A stretch of 64,000 nucleotides of DNA from Cenococcum geophilum (Eukaryota). Position numbers and translations under genes: made by a program. How positions within the stretch are numbered: the first letter of the stretch is position 1; each line of letters opens with the position of its first letter. A model generated the notes under the pieces. The model saw only the letters and a list, made by a program, of their open reading frames with translations, made no database searches and was not told the origin of the DNA. The stretch lies in the NCBI GenBank assembly GCA_050273025.1, contig CP158635.1:23622001-23686000 (forward strand), read 5' to 3'. Below, one piece after another: positions 1-13,719 of this stretch.

Positions 1-3000
1 CTTTTATTAACTATATAACTACGGATAAGTAAGTGGAAGGGCTACTACCTATTAAAATTGAAATATGAGACGCCGAGACGTTTGTAAAAATGGTAGTATA
101 AAAACCTGATAAATACTACCGCCTTCTATAGAACTACTACCTAAAGCTTATACGAGCCGAGATGCGTACTGCCTAAGATCGCGATATTATCCAAGACCTA
201 TAAGCTCGCGAGGCGCTCGCCGATAACACGTGTTAAGAAACCGAAGATGACCTCTATGTGTCTAAACGCGACGTCTAATAGTTAAAGAAGGCTAAGATTG
301 CACTTATTGCTACGGTCACTAAAAGAGAAGGCATAATTAAATACCTATAATCTTAGCTTAATAAGCACATTTATAATAACGCTAGATACCTCTTTACTAT
401 ATATAACGCCACTTAAGTCTCTACGCCCCCGGTAACTTTACCTACTTAACGCTTAATAGAGGGTTAGCGCTAAGCAGCCTTACCTAACAGGAACCCCTAC
501 TAAAGCGATAATAAAAGCTATAATGACCAAACCTAAGCTGCTACCGTAGGGTCTAATATATATTACCCTAATCCCCTAGTTTTCTAGGGAGACTGTAAAG
601 AATATAGCTACTAAAAGATACAAATCTACGAGAAACTAACTTAGAGTGCCTGCCTTTTTCCTATGGAAAATATTAAGATTGGCTATATTATCGGGCGAAT
701 AAAGGGTATACTATTTAACAGACTCTTTGCCCGATGGGAGACCAATAGCCCCTAGAAGTGGCAGTCCTACTAAGAAGTCCTTAACGATCTTAACCTAATA
801 TACCGCGACTATAACCTACTGGCCACTAACCGAGCTAAACTATGTGCCCTAAAGATAAGCCCTACCGAATTATTTAATAAGTTCTATATTAAATTCTAGG
901 AATATACCAGAGCCCTTGCCTAAGACGATACTAAAGACTAAAAAGATTTCCTTAAAAAAGTTACTTATCGCCTTAGTTACGTAGCCGCCAGTTATAACTA
1001 CAATAATGTTTATAATATGGTAGCAGCCATACGGAAGATTAAACGACGACTAAATTAGATTGCTACTGCAAACCCCTACCTAAAGACCTCCCTATAGAAG
1101 CCCTCCGGACCTACTAAACTACCGACGCCTACTACCCTAAGCAACACTACTGGTCCTAATATTAACCTTTTTATACTAACCTTCCCGCAGAAGCTACTAG
1201 ATAGAGAATGCGAGCTACTTTAGAAGCTAAAGCGTTGCTATAGATGTTGTTAAGAAGGCTGTTATAGCTATAGCCTAAACTGCCTAATGGCTAGGTTTAG
1301 CAGCCGCCGCCTAATACTTAACCTAGTACCTCGAATACTAAATATGTTACTACGTACTACTACCGTATAAGACGAAGACGTAGTAATAGCGGTAGAGTTG
1401 GATACGGAAACGGAAAACGCCAAGTCCTAGCCCTAAGTCGCAGGTTGGAACGCCCTAATAATAAGGGGATCTATATATCGGCCTGCTTAATAGATAACTT
1501 AGTAAAGATAAATAGACGGAAATAGATAGTTTTACCTATAATAGGAACTACTGCCAAAAAATAATATAAAAGCCATTTTATAATTAATTGCGGAGCTATT
1601 AATAAATTTATAGATACTTAATTTGTGCGTACTTATAACCTACCTACCTTACCCCTTACCAAAGCCCGCGCCCTATAACTCGCTAACGGTAGTTATACCG
1701 CATAGAAGATTACCTATATGGCATAACTCTACCTAGATATAAATGGGCACTAGGAAGAACTCTAGGCCTATATTACACTACTTGCTAACTACCCTATTAT
1801 CCTTAAAATAAACTAGCTTAAACAACACAACCCCGCTATTAACTGGAAAAAGAGAGAAGTAACCTTTAACTCTAAATACTGTAGAGAGACCTGCCTAGGA
1901 TATAACCTAGCCGCCTCTATCTACTCCCTAGGATACCAACCTAAGGAACCCCTTATTACCCTACCTACGACTAATTACTACCACGTAAGTGCCGCGGCCT
2001 TCTACTGCATAGCACATAGGAAAGGCTGGACCGTTACTATAGCCTTTTAATTACGACTATATAAGCTTAATAAAGAATAGGACCACGTCCTCTATAGTAA
2101 TAGGATAGATATAGTTAACCTCCTAGAAAACGATGCCCCTGTAGAACTCTATAGACTTTCACCTTTAGACTTTAAGAAGTTTATAAAGCTTAAAAAAGGA
2201 CTTACTAACGAGGAACTCCGTAAGCTCCTCTCCGAGAGGTACTATAACTTTATTAATATATGCTTATAAAAGAGCGTAGATATACTCCCCCTATATCGAC
2301 CTAATAACTATACCATTAATATTAAATAAGGAAAAACGCCACCCTATAAGAGACCCTACCTAATATTAAAAGACAAACTTCTAGTTATTAAAAAGTATAT
2401 TAACAAACACCTTAATAAAGGGTTTATTCGCCCTAGCATATCCCTAGCAGCCGCCCCTATCCTCCTTACTAAGAAGCCAGGAGGAGGTATTTAATTCTAT
2501 ATTAACTATAGAGGATTTAACGCTATCACGATTAAGAACTAATACCCCGTACCGCTTATACGTAAGACTTTTAAGCGGCTTAGCCAAGCTAAAATCTATA
2601 CTAAGCTCGATATTATCGCCGCCTTTAACCGCCTCTGAATACAAGAAGGTAACGAATGGAAAACCGTATTTGTATCGCGCTTTGGCCAATTCAAATATAC
2701 CGTTATGCCCTTTAGCGTATATAACGGCCTAGGTAGCTTCTAAAGCTATATTAATAACGCCTTACGGGACTACCTTAACAACTTCTGCTCTACGTACCTA
2801 GACGATATACTTATTTATAGCGATGACCCTTTTAAGCATACCAAGCACGTTTAAAAGGTCCTATAGCGCCTTAAGGACGTAGGACTTTATATTAATTTAA
2901 AGAAGTGCGAATTCTTAGTCACAGAAGTAAAATACCTTAGACTAATTGTTACTACTAAGGGTGTCTATATAGACCCTAAGAAGGTACGCATAATTACCAA

Positions 3001-5871
3001 ATAGCAAACCCCTAACTGCATTAAAGACGTATAAGCTTTCCTCGGTTTCGCCAACTTCTATTAAAAATTTATATACAACTTCTTGGGTGTTATAGCACCA
3101 CTTATAGCAATAATACGAACGAAGGGCCTTTCCGTGAAAGAAAGAAAAACATATCTATATTTTATCTAGACGCCTAAATACGAGAAGGCGTTCTAAGACC
3201 TCAAAGATGCTTTTACCAAAGCACCTATCCTAGCTCACTTTATACTAGGACGACAACTCTATCTTAAGACTAACTCCTCAGACCACGTTAACGCAGGCGT
3301 CCTCTTCTAGATAGGCAACGACGGTCTCCTCCACCTAGTTATATTCTATTTATCTAAGCTTATACTATAAGAATGTAACTACAAGATCTATAATAAGGAA
3401 CTTCTCGCAATTATATAAGCGTTTAAGAAATTCTAACCAGAACTCTCCTTAGCAGAACCTAACCAGCTAACTAAAGTCCTTACGGATCATCGCAACCTTA
3501 AGTACTTTATAACTACAAAACAGCTAAACTAATACTAAGTACGCTAGAACGAGTTCCTCTTTAGTTTTAACTTTAAAATTGTATATAGGCTAGGAGTATA
3601 AGGTACTAAGCCTAATAGCCTAATACGCCGCTTATAAGACCTTCCTCAGTCTAAAGATAACCCCTATAACCAGTTCTAACAATAAACGATCCTAAAAGCA
3701 CAGAATTTAGCCCTAGGTATGCTACCTATAATAGAGCCAACTGTACCTTAGCTCTACACTATAGAACTAGAATTACCTCCCGAAATCAATAAGCTTATTA
3801 CTATGGCATATAACACCTCTGTTAACCCATTACTGCATTAACTTATTGCCGTAAAGACCGCTAGCGCCCGTATGCTGCCGACTAAACTCTAAAGCTTAGG
3901 TTAGATTAATATAGCAGCCTTAGAAGTAAAAGAGAACAGGCTCTATTATAGAGGCCGTCTATTTATCCCTAACTTAGAAAATCTATAACAGCAACTAATC
4001 TAAATGGCCCATGACCTCCGATTAAGCGGCCGCCCGGGTAGAGAAGGAACCTATAAGCTTCTTAGCCGATACTACTTTTAGCCTAAAATGATAGACTTAG
4101 TTAAACGCTTTATAGGCGCCTGCTATGGTTATAAGCGCGCTAAGGCCTTTAATACAAAGTATTAAGGACTACTGCACCCTCTACTAGTACCTATATAACG
4201 ATAGGCAGATATCGCTATAGATTTCGTTGTTGACCTACTACCCTATAAGCGATATGGCCGTACCTATAAGAACATCCTTATAATAATATGCCGACTTATA
4301 AAAGAGCGCCACTACGTCCTAACCGAAGGCGTAGCCGTTAGCAACGTCACTAACGCCTTCCTTTACGAAATCTACCGATTATATAGGTTACCTAACTTAA
4401 TTACGTCCGACTAAGGCATATAGTTCGGCTCTAATATATAGAGACAAATCTGCTAACGCCTTGGCATCTCCGTTAAGATATCTATATCCTTCTACTATAA
4501 AACTGCTAGGCAACCGGAAAACGCTAATACTAGTATAAAAGCGTACCTATAATAAGTAGTTGCCTATAGTTAAGATAACTGGGTAGATTACCTCCTACTA
4601 GGTGAATTCGCAGCGAATAACTACGTCTTAACTACTATAGGACTTACCCCGTTCTTTGCGAACAAGGGATATTACCCCTAATCCGGTATAGAACCACTAG
4701 AACCTATTAATAAGAAACTGCTATATAGAAAACGCCTTAAGATACTACTTGCCGACTAGCATGCAGACCGTATAAAAAATCTACTCGACTACTGTAAGGG
4801 AGAAATGGCCTAGGCTTAAGTAAAGTAGGCCTACTTCGCTAACCGTTATGGAACGCCACTACTGGAGATGCGTGTTAGCGACTGGGTATAGCTAAATACA
4901 CGCAATATCTCTACGTAGAGGCCTATAAAGTCACTTAATTATAAGAACCTCGGCCCCTACCTAATTAAACGAGTCATTGATAGGGGAGCCGTATACGAGC
5001 TAGAGCTCCCGCCTACCCTAGCCACCCGCGGGATATGGCCTGTATTTCACCTATAGCTACTACACCTTTACCAGCCTAACCCCTTACCAAGGCAGATATA
5101 GCCTAAACCCCCACTAGTACTAATCTAAGACGAGAACGAAGACGAGAACTACGAGGAGTGGACCGTTAAACGAATTATTAACTCTAAATACTTTGGCAAA
5201 GGCAGAGGACGACGGCTCTACTACAGAGCTATATATACAGGATTTGACATAGATTAGCCAGAATGGCAACTATAGGAAGACTTTAAAAATGCAAAGGATC
5301 TAATTAGCAACTTTTACTACGCGAACCCATAGAAACCGGGCCTAAGCAGAGATTTTATACCTAATCCTCTATAGGAGCCCTTATAGAGTTAAACCGTTAT
5401 ACATTACCATATAGGGGCAAATTACCGTTAAATTGCCGTTAGATTGCGGTAAAGTGCGATTACGTAACCGGAATATCGTTAAGATGTTTAGGAACTTCAA
5501 CCGGCGGTTAAAGTTGTCTAATTAGTTGGATTCTTAGATGCCAAGCCTTATTATATAACGTTGTTTCAAGCCTTTAGCAATACCCCCCTTTCTTCTTTTC
5601 TATACCCTAAGTGTCCCTTTTATATATATATAGTAACTACAGCGTCACCAGAGCTCCGCCTCTATAGGAGGGGGGGTAGTGTTATAGAACCCTACCGCAG
5701 GGGCCTCTATAGGAGAGCCCCGTGCTCTTGCATACACCTTGCGTATAGCTTATGTCAGCTACGCGTAGGTATATCACCTCCTTACGCCCTCGACCCTTAT
5801 AATCGATCGCGTAATGTTTTATAGACTCCTTGAATATATATGTCTTATAGCGACTACTTTGTCCCATGACA
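1..5871 (+). mobile_element. Ty3/Gypsy chromovirus LTR retrotransposon (element A), RIP-inactivated; 5' end lies outside the window
   Basis: Gag ends near 1430 just after a GGAAAAC slippery-like site (1412-1418). De-RIPed motifs in order: protease LIDCGA (~1580-1600), [11 protein letters not shown] (~2795-2822), RNase H YDKELLAI (~3388-3412), integrase DIAMDFVVDLP (~4208-4242) and GPY (~4952), chromodomain EEWTVERI..SK (~5152-5190). Polypurine tract at ~5666-5679 precedes the 3' LTR. Confidence 0.95.
5680..5871 (+). repeat. 3' LTR of element A (192 bp)
   Basis: Starts TGTTATAG right after the purine tract and ends CCATGACA; the termini are inverted repeats (TGTCATG/CATGACA) after RIP reversal. 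Confidence 0.9.
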
Positions 5872-6034
5872 AGAGAAGAACTAGCGATTAGTCTCTAAAT
5901 AGAAGAGGTTAGAAAGCTTTTATCCTTTATATATAAAGATTGTTCTACCTTAACTTATCTTCTACTTGCCGGTAACTCTCATTCTACACTATTAATTAGA
6001 TAATTATACGTTCCAGTTAGATTGGCCTCTTACA
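5872..6034. mobile_element. Remnant of a different LTR (element C), interrupted by A and itself inserted in the RT of element B
   Basis: Ends ...CCTCTTACA at 6034, exactly where similarity to the intact sister element E (~29134) begins; the interruption falls in the RT YLDD region of B. Confidence 0.6.
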
Positions 6035-9000
6035 GTATACCATAATAAATTTATCTAAATATTCTTTTAATATATTATTAATACGCTTCTAGAACGTTAC
6101 TAGTGTGTTTATAAGCCTAAATTATATAACTAATAGTTTATATAGTCCTTCCTTTAACCTAAAGGCTGCTTTTTATTTATTGCCTTCCTTAATTCTAATC
6201 TAATAGTACGCCTATCTTAGATCTATCTTAGTAAAGATTTACACATTACCGATCCTATCTTAGATTTCGCTAATTAAGGGTAAAAGATACCTATCCTTCC
6301 TAGTAATGTTATTTAACTATTTATAGTTAATGTATAACCTAAGTTTCCCGTTTTTCTTTAGTATAAATAGTACTGGATATCCCGCTAATAACTGCAATGG
6401 TCTAATATATCCCTTTTATAAGTTCTCCTAGATAAACTCCTTTAGTGCTCTCCTTTCTTCTTTAGTAAGCTTATAGATTAGAAAAAACCTTAAACTTATT
6501 TCTAGTTTTAATTCTATCTTATAGTCCTATACTATATATTTTAACAGCTTTTTACTTTCTAGTAAATATAGCTTCTTACTATATTTATAGTATCTCTTTA
6601 GTATATAACTTAGTCCTTTATCTATTTCTTTATAGATCGCTCCTACTTAGTACCATATTATTTTAGCTTATTATTATATCTTATAGCGTTAAGTATTCTT
6701 AATATTAACCTAACCTGTAACCCAATTAATCCTTAGATTATATTTTTATAACTAAGGCATTTCTAATACTACCTTATTATTCCCTAATAGTAATATATTA
6801 AAAGACATCTTAATTTATCTCCCTTTAATAGTTATCTAAATAGGTCCTATTTTAAAATTAATAATACCTCCTCTATAGGCTATTAGATCTCCTAAAATTA
6901 TAACTAATAGATAAAGGTACTTTTTTTTATCTGTGCGGTAGCCCTATCCTTTTAACTATTATTAGTAAGATGTGGTTCCTTATTACTCCACTATCTACTA
7001 ATACTTTAAACTATTAATCTTACTATTTAACTTATAAATTTAGGTATTGTCCTTAAATTCCTTTAAGGGTCTAAGGCTTTACCACTAGCTCCCTTTAGTT
7101 TTATAGGCCTCTACTTTTCCTAACTATTAGCTACTAGATCCTTATACACTTAACTTACTCTTTAGCTAATACTTTATTTGCTTTTTGTCCTTAATATACT
7201 ATAGATATATATTCTTTAGGTATTCCTACTACTATTATCTATTTAAGCATTCTTTTATAAGAAATCTTTTTAGTTAAAGTATTAAGTCTTCTAACTCCTA
7301 AACTTTTACTAAATGCCGGCTGTGTATAAACTTAGTATTTTTATACTATTACTTATCTAGCGCCTAATATATCCTTATAGAGTATTTCCGGTTCTTTTCT
7401 TTTGGATTTTTGTATATTTTATATATATTATCTATATATACAATCTATGCTAATATATAATGCGCTAGGTGTTTTAGATTAACTCTTAACTTATTTTTAT
7501 TCTTAAGTTTAAACCTCTATTATATTAATCTAAACATTATAACTTTATTTATAGGCACTAAGATATATCTTTTACTTTTCTAGTCTTCTAATTATTACTC
7601 TAGATCTTTTAATATTATAATTAAGGCTCCCTTAATATAATTTATTACTTTTCCCGTAATTAGGTAGTTTTAGATAACTCTCTCGTCTAACTATATATAG
7701 AAATCTTCCTACTTATTATTATGTCTTTATCTATACTACCTTTAATATAGCTATTAGAGTGTATATAGCTTATCCGTAAGGAAGTATCTTCTTATTACTA
7801 CATTATAATAGCCTTTTATATACCGTTTCTTAAACCTAGTTAGAATCCTTAGATCCTCTTTATTTTCTAGTTTAATAAGCTACTTAGCTCTTAGCGTGCC
7901 TACTTTTAGCCTATTAGTAATTCTTTATATTAGTGCTCTATCTTATATACAACCTAGTATACTAGATCTTATATCTAGTTTCTATTCTTACCATATAAGG
8001 ATTCTTGCCCTAAACTTATCTATAGTTTCTCGTTATTTACGTCTTATAATTAAATCCTTAAAGTTTTCTTACTTCTTAATTGTAATATTAACCTTTTAAT
8101 CTTTAGGCTAAATACTACGTTCCCCTAGTAAGTCTTTTAGGTTTATATATCTATCTTCTAATCTAACTGCTATTTATACTATAGATTCTCTAATCTATAG
8201 CGAAGCCTCTTACTTCTTACTTATAGGTGTCCTTATTTATACTCCAAATTCTTAGTCCCTTAGATTCTTTAATCCTAAGCTCGCTTCTTTCTTAAGCTAT
8301 ACTCCAGCCTTAGTTTAACTAGGCTTTACTAGTGTTCTTATCTTATCTTAAAAGTCTTAAATCTTACTTATCTCGCTTTAAGAATCTTATACCTTTAGGA
8401 AACTTCGTCCTAAGCTTATTTATATATTACTAAACTAAGCCGTTACTCTGCTCTATTAGTTATCGTCTATTATAGGTCCCTAAGCATGCCTTATCTTATC
8501 TTAAGAATCTTAGTTATCTCTTATCTTATTTTAAGAATTTTAAGCCTTTGGCCTTTTGCCTTTATTAAGTAGTAAGCTAGCACTAGTAATTATCTGCTTA
8601 CTTAATTGCCTTTAGATATTACTCCTTCTATCTTATAAAGCGATAGATATTATATCTAACGGTGTTATAATACCCATTACTAAACCTTACTCTATAGCGG
8701 TTTCGGTTTCTACTTCTATTATATTATTAAGGTTTAGATACCCCTAGTTAATTCCCTTTTTTACCTTATCGCTATTAATTAATAAGTACTCTAACTCTAT
8801 TATTATTATTACTAATCTTTATTTATATATTGCTGTAATAACTTAATCTAGCTTATAGAGTTAATCTTATTCTTTATCTAACTCTTTAGTTCCTTTAAAT
8901 CCTCTTAACTCTAACTCTTATAGCTAATAGCTTATACCGTACTTAGCGTCTTTATAAATTTAGTATACGTTATTATAATAAAACGCAAAACTTTTAATTA

Positions 9001-10578
9001 AACACTTTTTTATTTCTTGTAGTATACTATCGTCCCTCTATATATATATTATATACTATTAGTCTAGTTCTCTTTACTACATAGTAACTCTAACCACTTT
9101 TATAATCTCTAGCGAAATAACCCTATTTTCTATAATTTATATAAGCTCCGTTTTTAAACTATTACTTTTATTATAGAGTCCGCTTAAACGTCTTCTGCTA
9201 TTAAGATCTTTGGTTTAGCCTATACTTCTTAGTCCTATAATTACTTAATCCTTAACTTCTAGGTTTCTATAGTTGTTTTCTCTATTTTTTTATAGGTTTC
9301 TTTAGTACCACTTAGGTCTATTAGCTTTACGCTATACTATAGTTTCTAATTTAACTTTAGTTATTGCGTACTTTATATTTTATATAACTATAAAACTCTA
9401 TTCTAGCCTTTCTTAGCCTATTTCTTTTAGAAGATTCTATTATTAATCCTAATCGCTTAATCTATTAATTCCCTAAGGGTATCCGCATCTTCTATTAGAA
9501 TAATTACGTCCTAAACTTTTGCCTTAAGTGCCTATTTATACTGTGCTATAAGCGCCTTATCGTTCTATTTAACTTATATAGCCAACGTCTAAAACTACGT
9601 TGTGTACTTAATTGCTAAGGTTTGCTATATTAGGTCCTAAAGCTTTCTTTTTACCGTAGTTATTGCTTCTAGGTCCCTAAATATTTATATTAATTGTTCC
9701 GCGAATTTAGTCTAGCTTATAAACATATATTATACCTCCTAGTTAGTGGTTATTATACTATTATTCTGTATTTCCGTAAGGTAGGGTTTAAACCATTTAA
9801 GCGCCCTTCCCGTTAGGAATAATCCTGCGTACGCTATTTAATCTATAGGTATTGCTAACTTTACTCCTTTCTGTGTAACTTTAAAGTGTATTTATATAAG
9901 GAATCCTTTAAGCTTTAATCTCTTTCCTAAAAATCGTTTAATTAAAGGTAACTTAACCTTAGCTACTTCTATTCCATTAACCCTATTTTTAAGTGCCCTA
10001 TTATTATCTATTAACTAATTAACTATTGCCTATAACTATCCAACTGTAACTAGTTATAAGTTAGTATCTACTATACTAGTGTTGTTACCTGACCCTAAGG
10101 TTGTTGCTGCCGTTAATAGCGTTGTTATAGCTGCTTTTAGTGGTATATTATTTGACTTCTAAGACTATAACTAGGTAGTAATTATATAATAAAGCCTTAT
10201 AGCAAGAACTACGGTAGACTTACTAATAGGCTAGATGTGTAGGTAATGTAGGAAGTTAATAACGTAATAATAACTAGTGGAGTGGTTGCCTAATAGATTA
10301 ACTCTAATTAAATTCTAAGAATTACTACAAGGAAGAAACTATCTAGGTAGGGACTGTAGGTCCTTAAATACACATCCGTACTCCTAAGAAATCCTTCTTA
10401 TACGTAGACGTATACTGCGTACATTGCGTACACTGTGTATAACATTATGTGACTTGCTTACCATTCTTCGTTACATAGTTCTATCGGCTCCATCCTAGAC
10501 CGTGCTCTTATTAACCAACTAGCTTCTTCCGACTCTTCTCTAAGTAGTTGTAACATTGTACTTAAAGCGTCCGTAACA
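6035..10578 (-). mobile_element. Ty3/Gypsy element B (same family as E): 5' LTR, long gag, protease, N-terminal RT; truncated at 6035
   Basis: Colinear with 29134-33710. Minus-strand RT motifs (YPLPLI ~6270-6290, MPFGL-like ~6110), protease VDSGA-like ~6980-7000, CCHC knuckle ~9100-9150. Confidence 0.93.
10185..10578 (-). repeat. 5' LTR of element B (394 bp)
   Basis: Shares both ends with the LTRs at 25702-26122, 33290-33710 and 18623-19042; element-sense start TGTTACGGACGC. Confidence 0.92.
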
Positions 10579-11195
10579 AATAAAGAGGCCCTCCTTAAAC
10601 TCCTACTCTATAACAGTTGGAAATATCTAGATAAAATTTAGTACTAGCTTTATCACGAACGTAATCTTAATATTACTTATTCTACAATCCACCGTATTTT
10701 AAAAAAGGAAGAGTAGTTAAGGAAGGCAATTAAGCGTATAGTATAGGGCCGTAACTTATAGCTAAGGGAGCTCTATTGTAATAATATAAGGCGATTTCCT
10801 ATAGATATTATAGTATTCCTTAATAAGGCTATTTTTAATAAGAAGACTAGCTAGTGGACAAAAGGGCGAGCTCTAATTAGTAAGGAGGCGTGCTATAAGG
10901 GCGATCTTTAAAGAGGTAATACTTAGAGTATCTACGCGGCTATAATAATTAATAGCTAGGTTTGCTATTAAGCCTATAAGGGCTACTTTAAGATTAATAA
11001 CTTTATTAGGTGGCTATATAGCTACCTATTTCCTATACTTTATAAGCAATATCTAAATTAGACTATAGTAATTATAATAAATAACCTTCCGGTTTACGTT
11101 AACGCGCGGATTCCAGCTACTATTAAAGAGGAGGGTTATATTATTCGCTATCTACCGCTATACTTACCAGACTTTAATCTAATTAAGCTTATATA

Positions 11196-13324
11196 TCCGC
11201 CCCACGAACTATTCGCTTACGCTTATAGTCCTATATAGCTTAACGGAACACCAAGCTTAACGGAACACAAGCCCCACTATATAATTTTAAAGCCGTAGAT
11301 ATCTACGTAGGCTATATATATATATATATATATAGAAATTCTTAGTGGAGCACCTTAAGCAATAGCCTAGCTATAATCCTGCCAAATATTACGAGTCTAA
11401 GGCCTCTATACGTTATATAGCGTCCTCCTTTACCTACTTCTTTACTGCGCGTATAGCCGCCCTACCTGCCTTCTCTGCTTCCTTTTAAACTCGTTATAAT
11501 ACTTTAAGCCGTCTACCTACTGCAGATATTAAGCCTCCCTTTTAATCAACCCGTTGGTTAGTCCTTTAACGCTTTACGCGGGCGTATACTACTGCCTATA
11601 TTAAATATAGGTCCTCCTCTGCTAATAAGTAAAGTATAGTATTCTTCCTTAGCGCTCTTATAAAGCATTAATAAAGAATTCCTTACCCTATTAGGCTGCT
11701 TAATAATAAAGCTACAAACTCGGTTTATTATTATCTACAAGCTATACGGTATATTAGGCGTCTGTGGCACTATAGGTTGTGGCCGCAGTAGTTGTAGTAT
11801 TATAGGTGGTGGCGTAAATGGACGTACTATGGCTGTTTAACGTCGCAATTTAGTTAATATAACCTTAGGATTATACGGAATAAGGCCAATCTTTACCTAT
11901 CCTAATAGAATAGATAAGGATTTAAATATAGTTATACGAATTTGGTATAGAGTGTAGAGGAATTTAACAGTGTTAAAGTTTATATAGCCTGTTTGTACAG
12001 CCATCTTACCAGCCTATCTATAGTAGTGCTTAAACGGCTAGAAGAGAACAATATTAAGCGGTTATAGAAAGTGGCTTGTATAGGGCGGAATAGCTAATAA
12101 ATAGATGTTCTTCTCCTTATAATATTCTATAAATTCCTTTATAAGATGTAAACTATGGCCGTCTAGTAGTAACAGCTAATGCGCACCTATTTGTTAAGTA
12201 GCGCTTTGCCTATTAAAGTGCTAAATCTAATTAAACGCGAGGTTGTTATTTAAATAGCCTTTAGTTTAAGCGCCTAGCATATAGTTACTAGGTATACTTA
12301 TATCATTAAGGTGTTAATACATAATTTATTAGCCCTTAATAATAACTGCTAGAGTAAGTATAACTCTATTACTAGATATAGCCTCTAACACTAATGTCAC
12401 GGCACTGACCTGACACGTTGTTATAACTGTGTTATTATGACACGAGCACAGACCTGACCCTGAGCGGCGTATATATATACCGCCTCACCTCCTACATAGA
12501 TCCTCACACGACATCGTTTGTCAATAATATACAGTCACCTCGTACCTCGTACCTTGACAGTCGGCACGTACTGTAACAACTAACGCGAAATCGCAATTTG
12601 TCTTACTAGCTAAGTGTATCCTCTTAGTGTCTAATACACGCGTAATTATCTACTAGCTGCTACTAATTCTAATACAAAATCTAGACTCGTTAAAGTTGTA
12701 TTTATTGCATAGTAGAATACCCTATTGCTCCTTTATATTCCTATATAAAGTATACCATTCCTATATTGTAATAGGATTGTTTATAGTAGCTTAATTAATC
12801 TCTATAGGCTTCTGCTTAACCTTATATACTATTAGGTTTTATTTAAGAAATATCTTAGTCTAATTGCGTTTAAGAGTAGGTAGTTTAGTGCCGTTAGGCG
12901 CATAGAGCTTAAGAATACGCTGCGCGCAATTATAGACCTAGTAAAACAGCGCGCCGACTCTAAGGCGGTCTATTTAATTAATATAGAATAGGAGCATAGC
13001 CTCCTAGTGTTAATTAAGCATCCTATTACTGCTAGGCCTCTACATCTTGCTCTTAATGCCGTTAACGCGGTTATAGATACGTTTAAACGGCGCGTTATAT
13101 AGGCGGGCTGCTAATCGAATACTGAGTGTTTCTATGCGTGATAACTCACGAAGTGCATCTTGCACGCGTATCTTAATAATTTTAGATTCTGTAGGCATGG
13201 TTATGGTAATTTAATTGTATAAGGAAATAGGTAAGGCTTGATCTTGGCTACACGTTCCGTTAAGCTTGGTGTTCCGTTGAGCTATATAGGACTATAAGCG
13301 TAAGCGAATAGTCCGTAGGGCGGA
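11196..13324 (-). mobile_element. Fot1/pogo-family DNA transposon with ~75-bp TIRs and TA TSD
   Basis: TIR TCCGCCCCACGAACTATTCGCTTACGCTTATAG... at 11196 and its reverse complement ending 13324; TA at 11194-11195 and 13325-13326. Minus-strand transposase from ATG ~13198 (MPTES..SIR.AARLYN HTH), with YNFDES (~12680-12700), LLLDGHSSH (~12145-12175) and PPHTSHFLQPLD (~12050-12090). Confidence 0.95.
12395..12578. mobile_element. Solo LTR (184 bp) inserted in the pogo transposase
   Basis: TGTCAC...GTAACA termini, perfect 5-bp TSD ACTAA (12390-12394 and 12579-12583), internal TATATATA box. Confidence 0.92.
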
Positions 13325-13719
13325 TAGGCTGTCTTAAAGGCATAGATCCGTCGCTAGCACCTATATACTTAAGAACTCCACTACAATTATAGTAAATTTC
13401 TTAAGCGAGCTATCCGTAAGAGTAGGTGCAATTCCTTTACCTAATAGCAGTTTTAATATATAGTAGGAGGAATATATATAGAACAGGCTGAGTTAGAGTA
13501 TTTACGGCGTTAATTAGAATAATTTAAGCGTGGTGTTAAGGTTTAAGGGCTAAAGAAGTTAACTATAACCTTTAATATCGCTATAGGCACTTACTAGGGA
13601 ATCGTCTAATATTATATTACTATAAAAAACACACCCTTTTACCTAGTTTATATATCCTTTATATATGTATAAAGCCTCCTACTAGGTCCATAAAGGCGTT
13701 CGCCGCTATAACAGCCTTT

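Larger units (their letters stand above)
10579..13708 (+). mobile_element. Tc1/IS630-type DNA transposon (DD34E), RIP-degraded; interrupted by the pogo element at 11196-13324 and cut on the left by B
   Basis: De-RIPed IVFLDE (~10808-10826), VIIMDNLPVH (~11068-11097) and YLPPYSPDFNPIE (~11149-11187), with 34 residues between the second D and the E. The frame resumes WAVLKAWIRR at 13325. Right end (~13708) is a guess. Confidence 0.85.

Noticed and set aside
2444..2689. 81-aa minus-strand ORF
   Set aside because: Antisense to the RT of element A.
5561..5867. Overlapping 87-aa and 61-aa ORFs
   Set aside because: They span the purine tract and LTR of element A; chance ORFs.
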